A stretch of 64,000 bases of DNA, from assembly GCA_964229335.1 (NCBI GenBank), contig CAXRCZ010000004.1:32001-96000 (forward strand), given 5' to 3'. The DNA is from Minisyncoccia bacterium (GTDB lineage: Bacteria > Patescibacteriota > Minisyncoccia > Phycocordibacterales > UBA918). A program made the translations under genes and the position numbers. Below, piece by piece: positions 36,977-47,545 of this stretch. The number at the start of each line of letters is the position of its first letter. Positions within the stretch are counted from its first letter, which is position 1. Under the pieces are notes generated by a model that made no database searches, was not told where the DNA came from, and saw nothing but the letters and a program-made list of their open reading frames with translations.

Positions 36977-38713
36977 ATGAGCGACTCGGTGCAGGAAATA
37001 AAAGACAGATTGAGTATCACAGACGTAATTGCGCCATATGTTGAACTCCATAAAGCTGGTAAAAATTACAAAGGCAAATCACCTTTCACGAGTGAAAAAA
37101 CCCCGTCTTTTTTTGTGTCGCCTGATCGAGGAATGTACTACTGCTTTTCGACCTCTCAAGGTGGAGATATGTTTACCTTTATACAATCGATGGAGGGGGT
37201 TGATTTTAAAGGAGCGCTAAAAATTCTAGCCGAAAAAGCTGGTGTTGAACTCGTGCCTGAAGCACCAGAAAAGCGCTCTGCTCGAGATCGGGCGTACTTG
37301 TGTCTTGAGACAGCCAAAGAATTCTATGTACGACAGTTAGAATTAAATAAGGAAGCTAAAGAATACTTAAAAAATCGCGGGGTAAATGATCTCACTATCG
37401 GAAAGTGGTCGATTGGGTACGCACCAGGACCACCGCAGCACGGTTGGAGAGAATTAAAGGAAGCATTAGAAAATAAGGGTTTCACCAAAGAAGAATTGTT
37501 GTCAGTTGGCCTCATCAAAACCACTGATAGCGGCAAAGAACCTTTTGATGTCTTTCGAGACCGAATTGTGTTTCCGATGAATGATACTGCCGGCAGAACG
37601 GTTGCTTTCTCGGGGAGAATCTTAAGTAAAGATTCTGAGGCACCAAAGTACGTCAATTCACCAGAAACCGACTACTATAAAAAGTCCGAATTGTTGTTTG
37701 GCTACGACAAGGCTAAGGCAGGTATTAGAACTTTGGGATTCTCACTGATTGTGGAAGGACAATTTGATGTAGTGATGTGTCATCAGGCTGGCTACCACAA
37801 CTCAGTGGCCGTATCTGGAACTGCTCTCACTATAAAGCACGTACAGCTTTTAGAGAGATTGGCTGACCGAGTTGTCTTAGCACTAGATTCTGACAAGGCT
37901 GGTATTGCTGCCATGAAGCGAGCCGCAGACTTAATGTTACGACGGGGAATTGATATAAAAGTAGCTGAAATGCCAGACGGAAGCGATCCGGCTGATTTGA
38001 TAGCTGATGACGCGCGAAACTTTAAAAAAGTAATTGGTAAATCCGTCCATGTCATAGAATTTTTGCTGCATATTTTGACTAAGCAGTACGAAGATACAAG
38101 AACTCTTAAGTTAAAAGCGAGAGAAGAAATATTACCTTTTATACATTTATTACCAAATCGTATTGACCAAGACCATTTTGTGAGCGTAGTTGCCAAAGCC
38201 ATTGGCACTACGACCGAAGCGGTTAGGTATGAACTAGAACGGTTACGACTACAAGATACCAGTGATCACTCGGTGACAGAAGATAGGGAAGAGCCGAGCA
38301 TCATTTCTAAAGCTAGTGATCAGCTTATGAGCACTCGAATCTTTATCGAAGGGACGTTGGAAATTGCTCCAGCGGAGATACAAAAAACTGCCCAAGCAAA
38401 ATACGATGAGTTTCAAAAACTTGCTTCAGGGTGGGTAGAATTACCTAAGGACGAGGTAGCCAAGACATCTTTCATACTAGAACAGCAATACACTAAAGTT
38501 CCTGATTTGGTGGTAGCTGAAGAGCTAGCATCGAAACTGTCGCAACTGCGGACACTATTAGTACGAAACCAGTTAGCTACGGCAAAACAGCAGTTGGCAG
38601 AACTTGATAATAAGGTAGACGATCAAAAATTTACTGACACATTATCAGTAATCAAAAAATGCGAAGAACAACTTCGCATTGAGCCAATACAACCAGAAGA
38701 CTTGTTATCTTAA
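36977..38713 (+). CDS. dnaG: DNA primase
   Basis: EKTPSF, FRDRIVFP, PKYVNSPET, VEGQFD, GTALT, DSDKAG, DPAD; start 36977 (TATACT 6 nt upstream). Confidence 0.96.
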   Translation: MSDSVQEIKDRLSITDVIAPYVELHKAGKNYKGKSPFTSEKTPSFFVSPDRGMYYCFSTSQGGDMFTFIQSMEGVDFKGALKILAEKAGVELVPEAPEKRSARDRAYLCLETAKEFYVRQLELNKEAKEYLKNRGVNDLTIGKWSIGYAPGPPQHGWRELKEALENKGFTKEELLSVGLIKTTDSGKEPFDVFRDRIVFPMNDTAGRTVAFSGRILSKDSEAPKYVNSPETDYYKKSELLFGYDKAKAGIRTLGFSLIVEGQFDVVMCHQAGYHNSVAVSGTALTIKHVQLLERLADRVVLALDSDKAGIAAMKRAADLMLRRGIDIKVAEMPDGSDPADLIADDARNFKKVIGKSVHVIEFLLHILTKQYEDTRTLKLKAREEILPFIHLLPNRIDQDHFVSVVAKAIGTTTEAVRYELERLRLQDTSDHSVTEDREEPSIISKASDQLMSTRIFIEGTLEIAPAEIQKTAQAKYDEFQKLASGWVELPKDEVAKTSFILEQQYTKVPDLVVAEELASKLSQLRTLLVRNQLATAKQQLAELDNKVDDQKFTDTLSVIKKCEEQLRIEPIQPEDLLS

Positions 38714-38758
38714 TCTATCGGCTAGACAAATAAGGTATTTTCTGTATAGTAGGCGCAC

Positions 38759-40084
38759 ATGGCAGCCAAGAAAGCCACAAAAAAAGTAGCAAAGAAAACG
38801 GTCAAAAAAACCGTAAAAAACACCAAAAAAGCTCCCGCAAAAAAAGCCGTTGCGGCAAAGAAGACTGGAGCGAAAAAAACCACCGCTAAGAAAACAGCGA
38901 AGAAAACTACTAAAAAAACAGCGAGCAAAAAGACTGCTCCAAAGAAGAAACCAGCGACCAAAAAAGTCGCGACTAAGAAAACCGAACCGGTAAAAAAGAA
39001 GCTCACTCGGAGTGAAAAACTGCTCGAAGTAAAAGCGGCTGATTTGATGCAGCTAGGTAAGGAACGAGGATACGTCACATATGACGAACTCTTGCGGTCG
39101 TTCCCAGAGATTGAAAAGAATGTCGAATTCCTCGATAAGCTTTACGACCGATTTTCAACTGCCGCTATTGATGTGCTTCAGAGTGGCGGCATGCTTGGTG
39201 AAGATCCAAGTGCAGAAGTGCTCGCACAAAAGAACAGCTTTAAACGAAGTGATAGCGGCTATGACTCTATCCAAATGTATTTACGCGAAATTGGACAATA
39301 CCCACTCCTAAATGCACAAGAAGAAAAGGATTTCGCCAAGCGTATTCTAGAAGGCGATGAAGAAGCACGGCATCAACTAGCCCGAGCCAACCTCCGTTTG
39401 GTTGTATCAATCGCCAAGAAATACGTTGGTCGTTCACCAGATCTCACGCTATTAGACTTGATTCAGGAAGGTAATCTTGGTCTCTATAAAGCGGTTGATA
39501 AATTTGACTTCACGAAAGGGTTCAAATTCTCAACCTACGCTACTTGGTGGATTCGCCAAGCTATCACTCGAGCGCTAGCTGATCAGTCACGAACCATTCG
39601 TATCCCGGTTCACATGGTAGAAACCATGGCGAAATACAAGCAAGTGTCTCGTCGTCTAGCACAAGACTTTGGGCGTGATCCAATGCCAGAAGAAATCGCT
39701 ACTGAAATGGGAGTTGAAGTAGAAAAGGTCTATCAAATCGAAAAGATTAGCCAAGATACCATCTCTCTCGAGCTACCAGTTGGTGATGATGATGATCGCT
39801 CACGATTGTCCGACTTCATTTCTGACGATAAGATTACTTCACCAGACCAAGAGGTGTCACACAGTATTCTGACTGACCAAATTACCGAAATTCTTGACAG
39901 TTTGTCTGAGAAGGAGCGAAAAATTCTCGAAATGCGTCACGGACTCCTGGATGGTACATACCATACTCTGGAAGAAGTAGGGAAGGAGTTTGGAGTGACC
40001 CGTGAGCGTATTCGTCAAATCGAAGCCAAGGCTTTGGAAAAGATACGCCAAAACGATAAAGCAAGACGTCTAAAATCATATTAA
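38759..40084 (+). CDS. rpoD: Primary sigma factor with Lys/Ala/Thr-rich N-terminal tail
   Basis: [67 protein letters not shown]; follows dnaG. Confidence 0.97.
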   Translation: MAAKKATKKVAKKTVKKTVKNTKKAPAKKAVAAKKTGAKKTTAKKTAKKTTKKTASKKTAPKKKPATKKVATKKTEPVKKKLTRSEKLLEVKAADLMQLGKERGYVTYDELLRSFPEIEKNVEFLDKLYDRFSTAAIDVLQSGGMLGEDPSAEVLAQKNSFKRSDSGYDSIQMYLREIGQYPLLNAQEEKDFAKRILEGDEEARHQLARANLRLVVSIAKKYVGRSPDLTLLDLIQEGNLGLYKAVDKFDFTKGFKFSTYATWWIRQAITRALADQSRTIRIPVHMVETMAKYKQVSRRLAQDFGRDPMPEEIATEMGVEVEKVYQIEKISQDTISLELPVGDDDDRSRLSDFISDDKITSPDQEVSHSILTDQITEILDSLSEKERKILEMRHGLLDGTYHTLEEVGKEFGVTRERIRQIEAKALEKIRQNDKARRLKSY

Positions 40085-40100
40085 AACCATTCTGACTGCT

Positions 40101-40140
40101 TATAAAACAGGTACGTACTTAGGTACGTACCTGTTTTATA
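40101..40140. terminator. Intrinsic terminator of rpoD
   Basis: tataaaacaggtacgtac-ttag-gtacgtacctgttttata. Confidence 0.85.
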
Positions 40141-40209
40141 ATTAATCTTGATTACAGGAGACATTCGGCACTAACAATGATCAGACAGCAAAATGTTATA
40201 CTGGCCTGC

Positions 40210-43200
40210 ATGAGTACAGTTGGTGAGAAAAAATCTAAAGCTTTTACAGAAGCTTACAAACGGCTAAATACTGCTCAAAAAAAAGCTGTTGATACTATAG
40301 AAGGTCCCGTTATGGTGGTGGCCGGCCCGGGCACCGGAAAAACTACCATGCTGACGCTGCGCATCGCTATGATATTGAAGCAGACAGATGTAGCGCCTGA
40401 GAATATACTAGCTCTCACATTCACCAATTCTGGCGTGCAGGCGGTGCGAAAAAAGCTACAGGAGTATATTGGCGCTGACGCGTATCGAGTCGGTATTTAT
40501 ACTTTTCACTCTTTTGCCGATCATGTGCTAACCAACTATCGATTGTACTTTCCACAATTTGAGTTTTCCCAAGTAATCGATGATTTAGAAAAGGTAAAAA
40601 TTCTAGAAACAATTATTGAAAACGGCAGCTACACCCAAGTGGTTTCTAAACACGATTTATTTTATTCACTCCGCAGAGTTGCGAGTGCTATTGATGAGAT
40701 TAAGCAGGAAGGAATCTCACCAACTGATTTCAGTACACGTATACCACAGTGGGAAACCGAGTTGCTGGCGGCAGATGAGATTCGTTATAAGAAAGATTAC
40801 GGAGATTTCAAAAAAGGAGATATCAAACCTTCAGAACTAGCCAAGGTAAACGATAACGTCGCTCGAGCTCTCGAGATTGCTGTCATATACGAACTGTACC
40901 AGCAAGAATTGGCGGCTAGAAACCGCTATGATTTTTCCGACATGATTCTTACCGTGCTCAGTGAGCTAGAGACTAATGAAAACTTGCGATTGGACCTGCA
41001 AGAACAATATCAATATCTCCATGTAGATGAGCACCAAGATACCAACGAAGGACAAAATAAGTTAATTGAATTTCTTACCAATGCTCCACATCTTGATGGT
41101 CGTCCCAATGTATTTACAGTTGGTGACGAAAAACAATCAATTTATCGCTTTCAAGGAGCTAGTGAAGAGTCTTTTTCATACCTCCAGAATCTCTATAAAG
41201 ATGTCGTCACTATCGAGCTTACCGAAAACTATCGCTCCACCACCCCGGTGCTAGCTGCGGCTGAGACACTAATTAAAAACACTGTTCCGGATACTATTTC
41301 TCTCTCCAGTAACACTAACGAGCAGCGTCCTGTCACCATTGGCGAATTTAGTGATTATAAATACGAGCTTTTGTATGTTGTAGAAAACATTAAAGCAGCT
41401 ATTAAAGAAGGGGTCGCACCAGAAGAAATAGCGGTAATCTATCGCTTTAATAAACATGTAGAAGAACTAAAGCTCCTACTACAGGAGGCAAATCTGCCTT
41501 TTACGGTACTGGCTCGTGATACCTTACTCGATGATAAATCAATAACGATGCTTATTTCGTTGCTTCGTGTGGTAGTAGATCCGTATGATAATCGAGCGTT
41601 AGGCCGACTATTACTAGCTAATTTTTTGCCTTTTTCACCACTTAGTGTCACAAACACCCTGCGTGAGTACGCTCAAAAAAGCCGCAGAGGAGAAGTTAAG
41701 GGACTAATTGATGTTCTACGTGCGGATAAGCAATATACCAACATAATTACACTGATTGACGACTTAAAACAATTCGAAGCCAATCATAGTTTTGCTGAAT
41801 TCTTTAAGTACACTCTGCATGCTAGTGGGTATTTGCAATACACTCTGAAACGCAAAGATAGCGAAACAGCTATGCGTAAGCTGGATACTTTGTTCAGTGA
41901 AGTGAAGCGTCAGTCAGATGCTACAACCAGCTATTCGTTAGCTGATTTTATTTCTTTTGTAGATGCTGAAAATAAATATGGTCTTAATATTGAAGTAAAG
42001 CCGACAGGAAGGCAGCAAGGAGTAATGTGCATGACGGCTCATGGTTCAAAAGGTCTAGAGTATGAGCGTGTGTACCTCATCAACACCACCAGAAACAACT
42101 GGGAAAAACATCGCGGCTTTAGTCCGATTGCTACTCCAATCGCTAGCTACAAGGGTGATTTACATGATGAGCGGCGATTATTCTACGTAGCAATGACCCG
42201 GGCCAAGCAGCATCTCACCATCACATCCTCCGAAATGGATTGGCATGGCAAGGCTATGGAACCAAGTCAGTTTATTAACGAGCTAGACCAAACAGTTACC
42301 GAGCAAATTGATACAGATTCATTTGAATCTTCGCACCACAGTTCTCTGGTCTCATTCTTAAACACCAGCAAGGCAAACCAATCAATCTTTGATGTCGAGT
42401 ACCTGCGAGAACTATTTTTACAAGACAACTTAAGTGTTACTGCGCTGAATAATTATATTGAATGTCCAATTAAATATTTGTTCCGCAATCTTATAAAACT
42501 ACCTGATGTGTATACTCCGGCTCAGCGATACGGACAGGTACTTCACACAGCGTTAGAAAAATTCTTTACCGAGGCTGCAGAAAAGCAACAAATCGGAACC
42601 AAAGCGGAGTTGTTATCGCACTATTTAGAATTATTACCACGAGCCGGCTTTAGTCCAGCTGAACAAGAGCGTTACGCAGATTTGGGACAAGAATCACTAG
42701 CGTCATACTACGAGCAACATCGTCAAGATTGGAGTGTCCATGTAAAGCTTGAAGAGTACGTCAAAATCCCATTTAATCTAGTAAATAATGAAGAGATCAC
42801 TCTTAGCGGTATGATTGATAAAATCGAACTTCTGGAGCAGGGAGATGGCGGAAAGGTGAGAGTAATCGATTACAAATCTGGTGGTTCTTATAGTGAAAAG
42901 TCCAAAGACCAAAAAGCAGCCTTAGAACGCCAACTTCACTTTTATTCGTTATTACTGACAGGCTATAAAGACGGGCTGTACCAAGTAGCAGAAGCAGTGC
43001 TCGATTTTATTGAGCCGAACAAAAAAGGTCAGTTAGAGCAAAAAAGCGTCGTCACAGAACCAGCAGACCTGCGTGACCTAGAGGAGTCAATTCAGAATAT
43101 GGCCACATCTATTTTGGATGGAAGTTTTTTGAAAAACAATTGCCAGGAGAAAGACTGCGAGGCGTGCCAGCTTTATAACGAATTAGAAGTAACCAGCTAG
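40210..43200 (+). CDS. UvrD/PcrA-family SF1 helicase fused to a C-terminal PD-(D/E)xK (RecB-family) nuclease
   Basis: AGPGTGKT, VDEHQD, GDEKQSIYRFQG, NYRS, TAHGSKGLE, ERRLFYVAMTRAK; SVT..CP, GMIDKI, IDYKSG, QL.FY, C..C..C; start 40210. Confidence 0.9.
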   Translation: MSTVGEKKSKAFTEAYKRLNTAQKKAVDTIEGPVMVVAGPGTGKTTMLTLRIAMILKQTDVAPENILALTFTNSGVQAVRKKLQEYIGADAYRVGIYTFHSFADHVLTNYRLYFPQFEFSQVIDDLEKVKILETIIENGSYTQVVSKHDLFYSLRRVASAIDEIKQEGISPTDFSTRIPQWETELLAADEIRYKKDYGDFKKGDIKPSELAKVNDNVARALEIAVIYELYQQELAARNRYDFSDMILTVLSELETNENLRLDLQEQYQYLHVDEHQDTNEGQNKLIEFLTNAPHLDGRPNVFTVGDEKQSIYRFQGASEESFSYLQNLYKDVVTIELTENYRSTTPVLAAAETLIKNTVPDTISLSSNTNEQRPVTIGEFSDYKYELLYVVENIKAAIKEGVAPEEIAVIYRFNKHVEELKLLLQEANLPFTVLARDTLLDDKSITMLISLLRVVVDPYDNRALGRLLLANFLPFSPLSVTNTLREYAQKSRRGEVKGLIDVLRADKQYTNIITLIDDLKQFEANHSFAEFFKYTLHASGYLQYTLKRKDSETAMRKLDTLFSEVKRQSDATTSYSLADFISFVDAENKYGLNIEVKPTGRQQGVMCMTAHGSKGLEYERVYLINTTRNNWEKHRGFSPIATPIASYKGDLHDERRLFYVAMTRAKQHLTITSSEMDWHGKAMEPSQFINELDQTVTEQIDTDSFESSHHSSLVSFLNTSKANQSIFDVEYLRELFLQDNLSVTALNNYIECPIKYLFRNLIKLPDVYTPAQRYGQVLHTALEKFFTEAAEKQQIGTKAELLSHYLELLPRAGFSPAEQERYADLGQESLASYYEQHRQDWSVHVKLEEYVKIPFNLVNNEEITLSGMIDKIELLEQGDGGKVRVIDYKSGGSYSEKSKDQKAALERQLHFYSLLLTGYKDGLYQVAEAVLDFIEPNKKGQLEQKSVVTEPADLRDLEESIQNMATSILDGSFLKNNCQEKDCEACQLYNELEVTS

Positions 43201-43206
43201 TAACAA

Positions 43207-43974
43207 CTATTGGGTAGCTGATTCTGTTTGCATGGTGTCGGCTTGGCCGTTACCACCATCCAGCTGACTGATAAGGCTGTCAATCATACTTTTTACAGTT
43301 GAGTATGGTTGAGCACCGTTAATTACCGCTTGTTGGCTTCCAACCACTACGACAGTGTACGGAGTTCCGCGAGCACCAACATTCAGGGCGTCTTCTACAC
43401 TAGCTTCGACTTCGGCGATAGTCTCCCCGCTGTCCATACACGCAGTGTATTCTTCGGCTGAGACTCCAGCTGTTTCGGCGTATTCCGGAATCGCAGTTAC
43501 GTTGGTAGGTTCAGTAGCGTCTCGTTTGTCAAAAATCAAATCTGTAAAAGTCCAAAATGCATCATTACCACCAACTTTTCCTACACAAAGAGCAGCCTGA
43601 CTGATACGAGGAGAGTTTGGGTGTAGCTGAGCAAGTGGGAATTGTCGGTATACCCAGGCAACCCTTCCGGTTACGCCATATTCATCCATGATTCGATTCA
43701 TGGTGGCGTGGTACTGCTTACAAAACGGACAATCATAATCAGAATATTCAATCAACAAGATTGGGGCGTTAGGGTTACCGCGGATATAGTCCCTGTCAGT
43801 GACTGGTGCCGGAGTGCCACTAGCTACTAATTCCGCATCGTCTTCGTTGGTTACTTCGGTTGGCGCATCGGCTCTGCCGGCGGTAAAAAAGATTGCTACC
43901 GCTACCAAAGCAAAACCAATGACGATGGCGATTGGGAGAGTGAGTGATGAATGAGAATTTGAAGTTGGTTCCAT
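43207..43974 (-). CDS. Membrane-anchored DsbA-family thiol-disulfide oxidoreductase
   Basis: N-terminal TM, EYSDYDCPFC, YRQFPL..HP, GTP cis-Pro, GAQPY. Confidence 0.9.
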   Translation of the reverse strand: MEPTSNSHSSLTLPIAIVIGFALVAVAIFFTAGRADAPTEVTNEDDAELVASGTPAPVTDRDYIRGNPNAPILLIEYSDYDCPFCKQYHATMNRIMDEYGVTGRVAWVYRQFPLAQLHPNSPRISQAALCVGKVGGNDAFWTFTDLIFDKRDATEPTNVTAIPEYAETAGVSAEEYTACMDSGETIAEVEASVEDALNVGARGTPYTVVVVGSQQAVINGAQPYSTVKSMIDSLISQLDGGNGQADTMQTESATQ

Positions 43975-44042
43975 GTAAATACAACTATGCTACGAGTATA
44001 AAAAAAGTATAGCATACGGGTTGGCGTGGTATAGTACCGGAT

Positions 44043-44849
44043 ATGAATACCGTCGACGCCATCATTTTAGGGATTGTCCAAGGAGTGACTGAATTCCTAC
44101 CTATTTCATCAACTGGACATCTAGTGTTTGTTCGTGACTGGTTAGAAATTGGCGGAGTAGATGCGTTGGCATTTGATTCGATTTTACATTTGGCTACGAC
44201 TGTAGCAGTAGTGTTGTATTTTTGGAAAGATATCTGGACGCTTTTACAGGTGTTTTTGCGAAAAATTGCTAGACTACCAGTTAATAAAAAAGACCTTACT
44301 CTTTTGTATGCGTTAGGTTTAGGGACAGTGCCAGCGGTTGCTGGAGGTTTACTACTTGAGGGGTATATCACACCATTTCAGACAGCTGGAGTGGTTGCGG
44401 TAGTACTATTTGTAGCTTCACTCTTTTTCTTGCAGGCTGAATGGCGATATTACCTTCACCCCACTAGAGGGGAATTGACGGTACGAAGGGGAATCGCTAT
44501 TGGATTTTTTCAAATGTTAGCGTTGCTGCCAGGATTTTCTCGTTCTGGAGCTACCATTGCTGGAGGAATGATGGTTGGTCTTTCTCGACTAGAAGCTACC
44601 CGATTCTCATTCTTGTTGGCGATACCAATTACGTTAGGGGTGGGGGTTAAAAAGTTGCTAGAACTGCAAGGTAGTACAGAGGCAATAGATTGGGTGCCAA
44701 TTTGGATCGGTGCAACCACTGCTCTAGTGGTGGCATTTGTTGTAATTCACTTTTTCCTAGCTTTCATTCGACGTTACACATTATGGCCATTTGTCTGGTA
44801 CGGCTTTATCCTGTCTGGGCTAGTTGGTGTCTTGGCTTTCTTGGCCTAG
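44043..44849 (+). CDS. uppP: Undecaprenyl-diphosphatase
   Basis: GIVQGVTEFLPISSTGH, PGFSRSGATI, FSFLLAIP. Confidence 0.95.
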   Translation: MNTVDAIILGIVQGVTEFLPISSTGHLVFVRDWLEIGGVDALAFDSILHLATTVAVVLYFWKDIWTLLQVFLRKIARLPVNKKDLTLLYALGLGTVPAVAGGLLLEGYITPFQTAGVVAVVLFVASLFFLQAEWRYYLHPTRGELTVRRGIAIGFFQMLALLPGFSRSGATIAGGMMVGLSRLEATRFSFLLAIPITLGVGVKKLLELQGSTEAIDWVPIWIGATTALVVAFVVIHFFLAFIRRYTLWPFVWYGFILSGLVGVLAFLA

Positions 44850-45421
44850 AGAAGGAGAGAGTGGGTAAGGGCGGCGTCACCTTTTTCTTCCCAGTGTGCA
44901 ATATCGAGCACTACCTCACGCTTGCGGTGGCCATCTTTAAATTTTATTGAGCCGTGCTGACGGGCGTATTCAAATACTTCTTTTGTCACCTTTACGTCTT
45001 GCTGGCAGTATTTTTTCACTTTATTTACTTCTCCTTCTCGCCACCAACGAACGGCTTGTAGACCGTCAGCTGACTTTTTTGCCCCAATAGTAGCCTGGGC
45101 TACACTATCGAGTCGTAGCCGTCTTCCGAGGGCTGCTTTAATATCTTCTAAAATATCAATACTCTTTATTTGCGTCAGGTCACCTGGATAATATTTATCT
45201 AAAAGCGGAATATCAAAGTGGTTACTATTGTAGCCCACTAAAGCGTCTGCTTGTTCGATAATCGGCCAGAGTGAATCAATTTCATCGATGGTGACCGTAG
45301 TGTAATCATCAGACGCACTGTCGTAGAGCGAGGCTACTGAAATGTCTAATGCAGTGGGGTCATTAGAACTCACCTCAGAAAAAATATTCTGGGTCTCAAG
45401 GTCAAATACGATATACCGCAT
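44846..45421 (-). CDS. RNase H-like/DEDDy 3'-5' exonuclease domain protein
   Basis: VFDLET, GYN..FDIP, YC..DV. Confidence 0.8.
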   Translation of the reverse strand: MRYIVFDLETQNIFSEVSSNDPTALDISVASLYDSASDDYTTVTIDEIDSLWPIIEQADALVGYNSNHFDIPLLDKYYPGDLTQIKSIDILEDIKAALGRRLRLDSVAQATIGAKKSADGLQAVRWWREGEVNKVKKYCQQDVKVTKEVFEYARQHGSIKFKDGHRKREVVLDIAHWEEKGDAALTHSLLL

Positions 45422-45471
45422 AGATAGGAGATTGTAGCATAGTCACACCCGCAGTCTCGCGGCGTGGCTGA

Positions 45472-46689
45472 TTAAATATCGAGCGGTGTTTCTTTTCCGG
45501 TAGCCAGCTCCTTGATAGTAAAATTGTTCGTAGCCACTTCATCCTCACCGACAACTACCACATAGCTTGCGCCTCGAGTGTTCGCATCAGATATTTTCTT
45601 TTGGATTTTTTTAGTACTGATGTCTACTACTACTGAGCTGTAGTCTGATCGCAGGGTCTGGGCGATGCGTTGAGCTATATTATTGAGTGAAGATTCTGTT
45701 GGAACCACTACTACTTCTGAAGCACTAAAGACCGTGTCGGGTAGTAAGTTGTGAGTTTCGAGGAAGTCACGCATGGTCACATCACCCATTCCAAACCCAA
45801 CTCCAGCCACCGCTTCTGTGCCAAACATTTCAGTCAAATTGTCATACCGGCCGCCACCCAAGAGCGAACGGTTGTTTTCTCCTGACACATCAAAGATTTC
45901 AAATATGGTTCCAGTATAGTAGTCAAATCCGCGTACAGTCGACAGTGACACTTCGACGTTGGTTATCCCAAGCTCTTTAAGAGTAGTTAGCACTTGGCCA
46001 AGCCGTGAATCTGGACTTGGTTCAGAGAGTCCAAGATTAAACGGCTTGCCAGCAATTTTTTCTGCTTCTTCAGCGAAATTATCAATCTTATCCTTACGAT
46101 CCAAAAGATATAACATTGCGTTACATTGTTCGTGAGAAAAATCTTCCTCGGCGAATCGTTGATTCAGCCAAGCGCGATCATTGAGCCTAATTTCAAATTG
46201 CTCTGGTGTGGCTCCAAAATTTATCAATGTTTGATGTGCTAGCGCAATTATTTCTACATCAGCTGCTATATCGTCACTACCAAACAAATCACAGTTCAAT
46301 TGCCAGTGCTCACGCAAGCGACCGCGTTGCGGTCGTTCGTAGCGAAATAGATTGGGAATTGAGTACCAGCGGACTGGAAAAGCTAGTTCTCGTTGCTTTT
46401 TAGCGACCATACGAGCGACTGTCGGAGTCATCTCTGGACGCAAGGTTACCTCACGCTCGCCACGGTCGGTAAACGTATATGTCTGGTCATTAACTATCTC
46501 TTCATTTACCGCACCTTTGCTTTTGTATAGGGCAGCTGGTTCTAAGACCGAAGCATCGTAGCGTTGGTACCCAAAGGATTCTGCCGTTTTGCTCCATTGG
46601 GTAAATATATACTCTTGGATAGCGGCGTCTTCAGGAAAAAAGTCGCGTACTCCTTTGTAAGGATCGGTACTTAATTGATTGTTAGTCAT
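45472..46689 (-). CDS. hisS: Histidine--tRNA ligase
   Basis: KGVRDF, LRPEMT, FRYERPQRGRLREH.Q, RGFDYYTG, GGRYDNL; start 46689. Confidence 0.96.
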   Translation of the reverse strand: MTNNQLSTDPYKGVRDFFPEDAAIQEYIFTQWSKTAESFGYQRYDASVLEPAALYKSKGAVNEEIVNDQTYTFTDRGEREVTLRPEMTPTVARMVAKKQRELAFPVRWYSIPNLFRYERPQRGRLREHWQLNCDLFGSDDIAADVEIIALAHQTLINFGATPEQFEIRLNDRAWLNQRFAEEDFSHEQCNAMLYLLDRKDKIDNFAEEAEKIAGKPFNLGLSEPSPDSRLGQVLTTLKELGITNVEVSLSTVRGFDYYTGTIFEIFDVSGENNRSLLGGGRYDNLTEMFGTEAVAGVGFGMGDVTMRDFLETHNLLPDTVFSASEVVVVPTESSLNNIAQRIAQTLRSDYSSVVVDISTKKIQKKISDANTRGASYVVVVGEDEVATNNFTIKELATGKETPLDI

Positions 46690-46746
46690 GGTAGTGATTG
46701 TAGGCCATGATGGTGTGCAAATCAATAAATGAGTACAGCATTGCAA

Positions 46747-47313
46747 CTATTCTGACTGGTCTGGCTTGATGTGTAATTCATGGAGCCGCGTATCCATTGC
46801 AGCTTGGATGGTTGCTTGTAAACCTCTTGGATCAGGCATCCCTGTTGCTAAAAAATTATGGTCGTGGTGTCCTGCGGTCTGAGCACTAATAGTGCCAAAA
46901 TTAAGAAAGGTAGCTATCAAGCCAGTAATTTTGTATTCAATGTCTTGCATTCTTTCCAGTCTAAAAATCGCCACCGACCGGTTGAAGAAATGAATTTGAT
47001 CTACAGATATGATACGTCGGTCGGTTACCAGCCAGAGGTCGAGATAATAGTGTGTCCAGATAGTAAATCCACTCAGGACTGATAAAAGCAACCAGGCTGA
47101 GAAAGCAAATAGTAATACGTTTGCATTGATTCCAATTCCCGTACCGTCCATGCCGAGAGTAGTAGTGGTAGCCTGGAATAGTCCATACAACAAGAAAGGA
47201 GCAACTGCGGCTAAGACAACACCTATAAGCTCTGCGACGATAATAAACCAATGTTTACGCACAGTAACGAGCACTTTTTCATTAGTATCAAGTTGGATTT
47301 TATCAAACAACAT
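46747..47313 (-). CDS. Membrane protein with bacterial PH-like domain
   Basis: RKHW, two TM helices, VTDRRII..Q..FF, QDI..G..FLNFG.I..QTAG. Confidence 0.75.
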   Translation of the reverse strand: MLFDKIQLDTNEKVLVTVRKHWFIIVAELIGVVLAAVAPFLLYGLFQATTTTLGMDGTGIGINANVLLFAFSAWLLLSVLSGFTIWTHYYLDLWLVTDRRIISVDQIHFFNRSVAIFRLERMQDIEYKITGLIATFLNFGTISAQTAGHHDHNFLATGMPDPRGLQATIQAAMDTRLHELHIKPDQSE

Positions 47314-47316
47314 AGA

Positions 47317-47541
47317 TTATAGAGTTGTGGCGAGTGCCATTAGCAGTATCAGGGGTACCGTTAAAACAAAATAAATAAAAAAGGTTAAGAGGTTTATCCG
47401 ACGGTCGGTCGAGTAGGTTGTCCAGTGGTAATACAAAACACCTGTAAACACTACATACGCTAATAATAAAATATAAAAAGCCAGTAACATGAAATCGTCT
47501 CCAATAAATATATTTGCTAGCGGAGTAGAGGTCAGAGTCAT
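47317..47541 (-). CDS. Small two-TM membrane protein
   Basis: Two hydrophobic helices flanking YHW..Y; packed 3-4 nt from both neighbours. Confidence 0.7.
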   Translation of the reverse strand: MTLTSTPLANIFIGDDFMLLAFYILLLAYVVFTGVLYYHWTTYSTDRRINLLTFFIYFVLTVPLILLMALATTL

Positions 47542-47545
47542 GTCG

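Noticed and set aside
38722-39078. Hydrophobic 118-aa minus-strand ORF
   Set aside because: Antisense shadow of the Lys-rich rpoD tail (AAA read as TTT)
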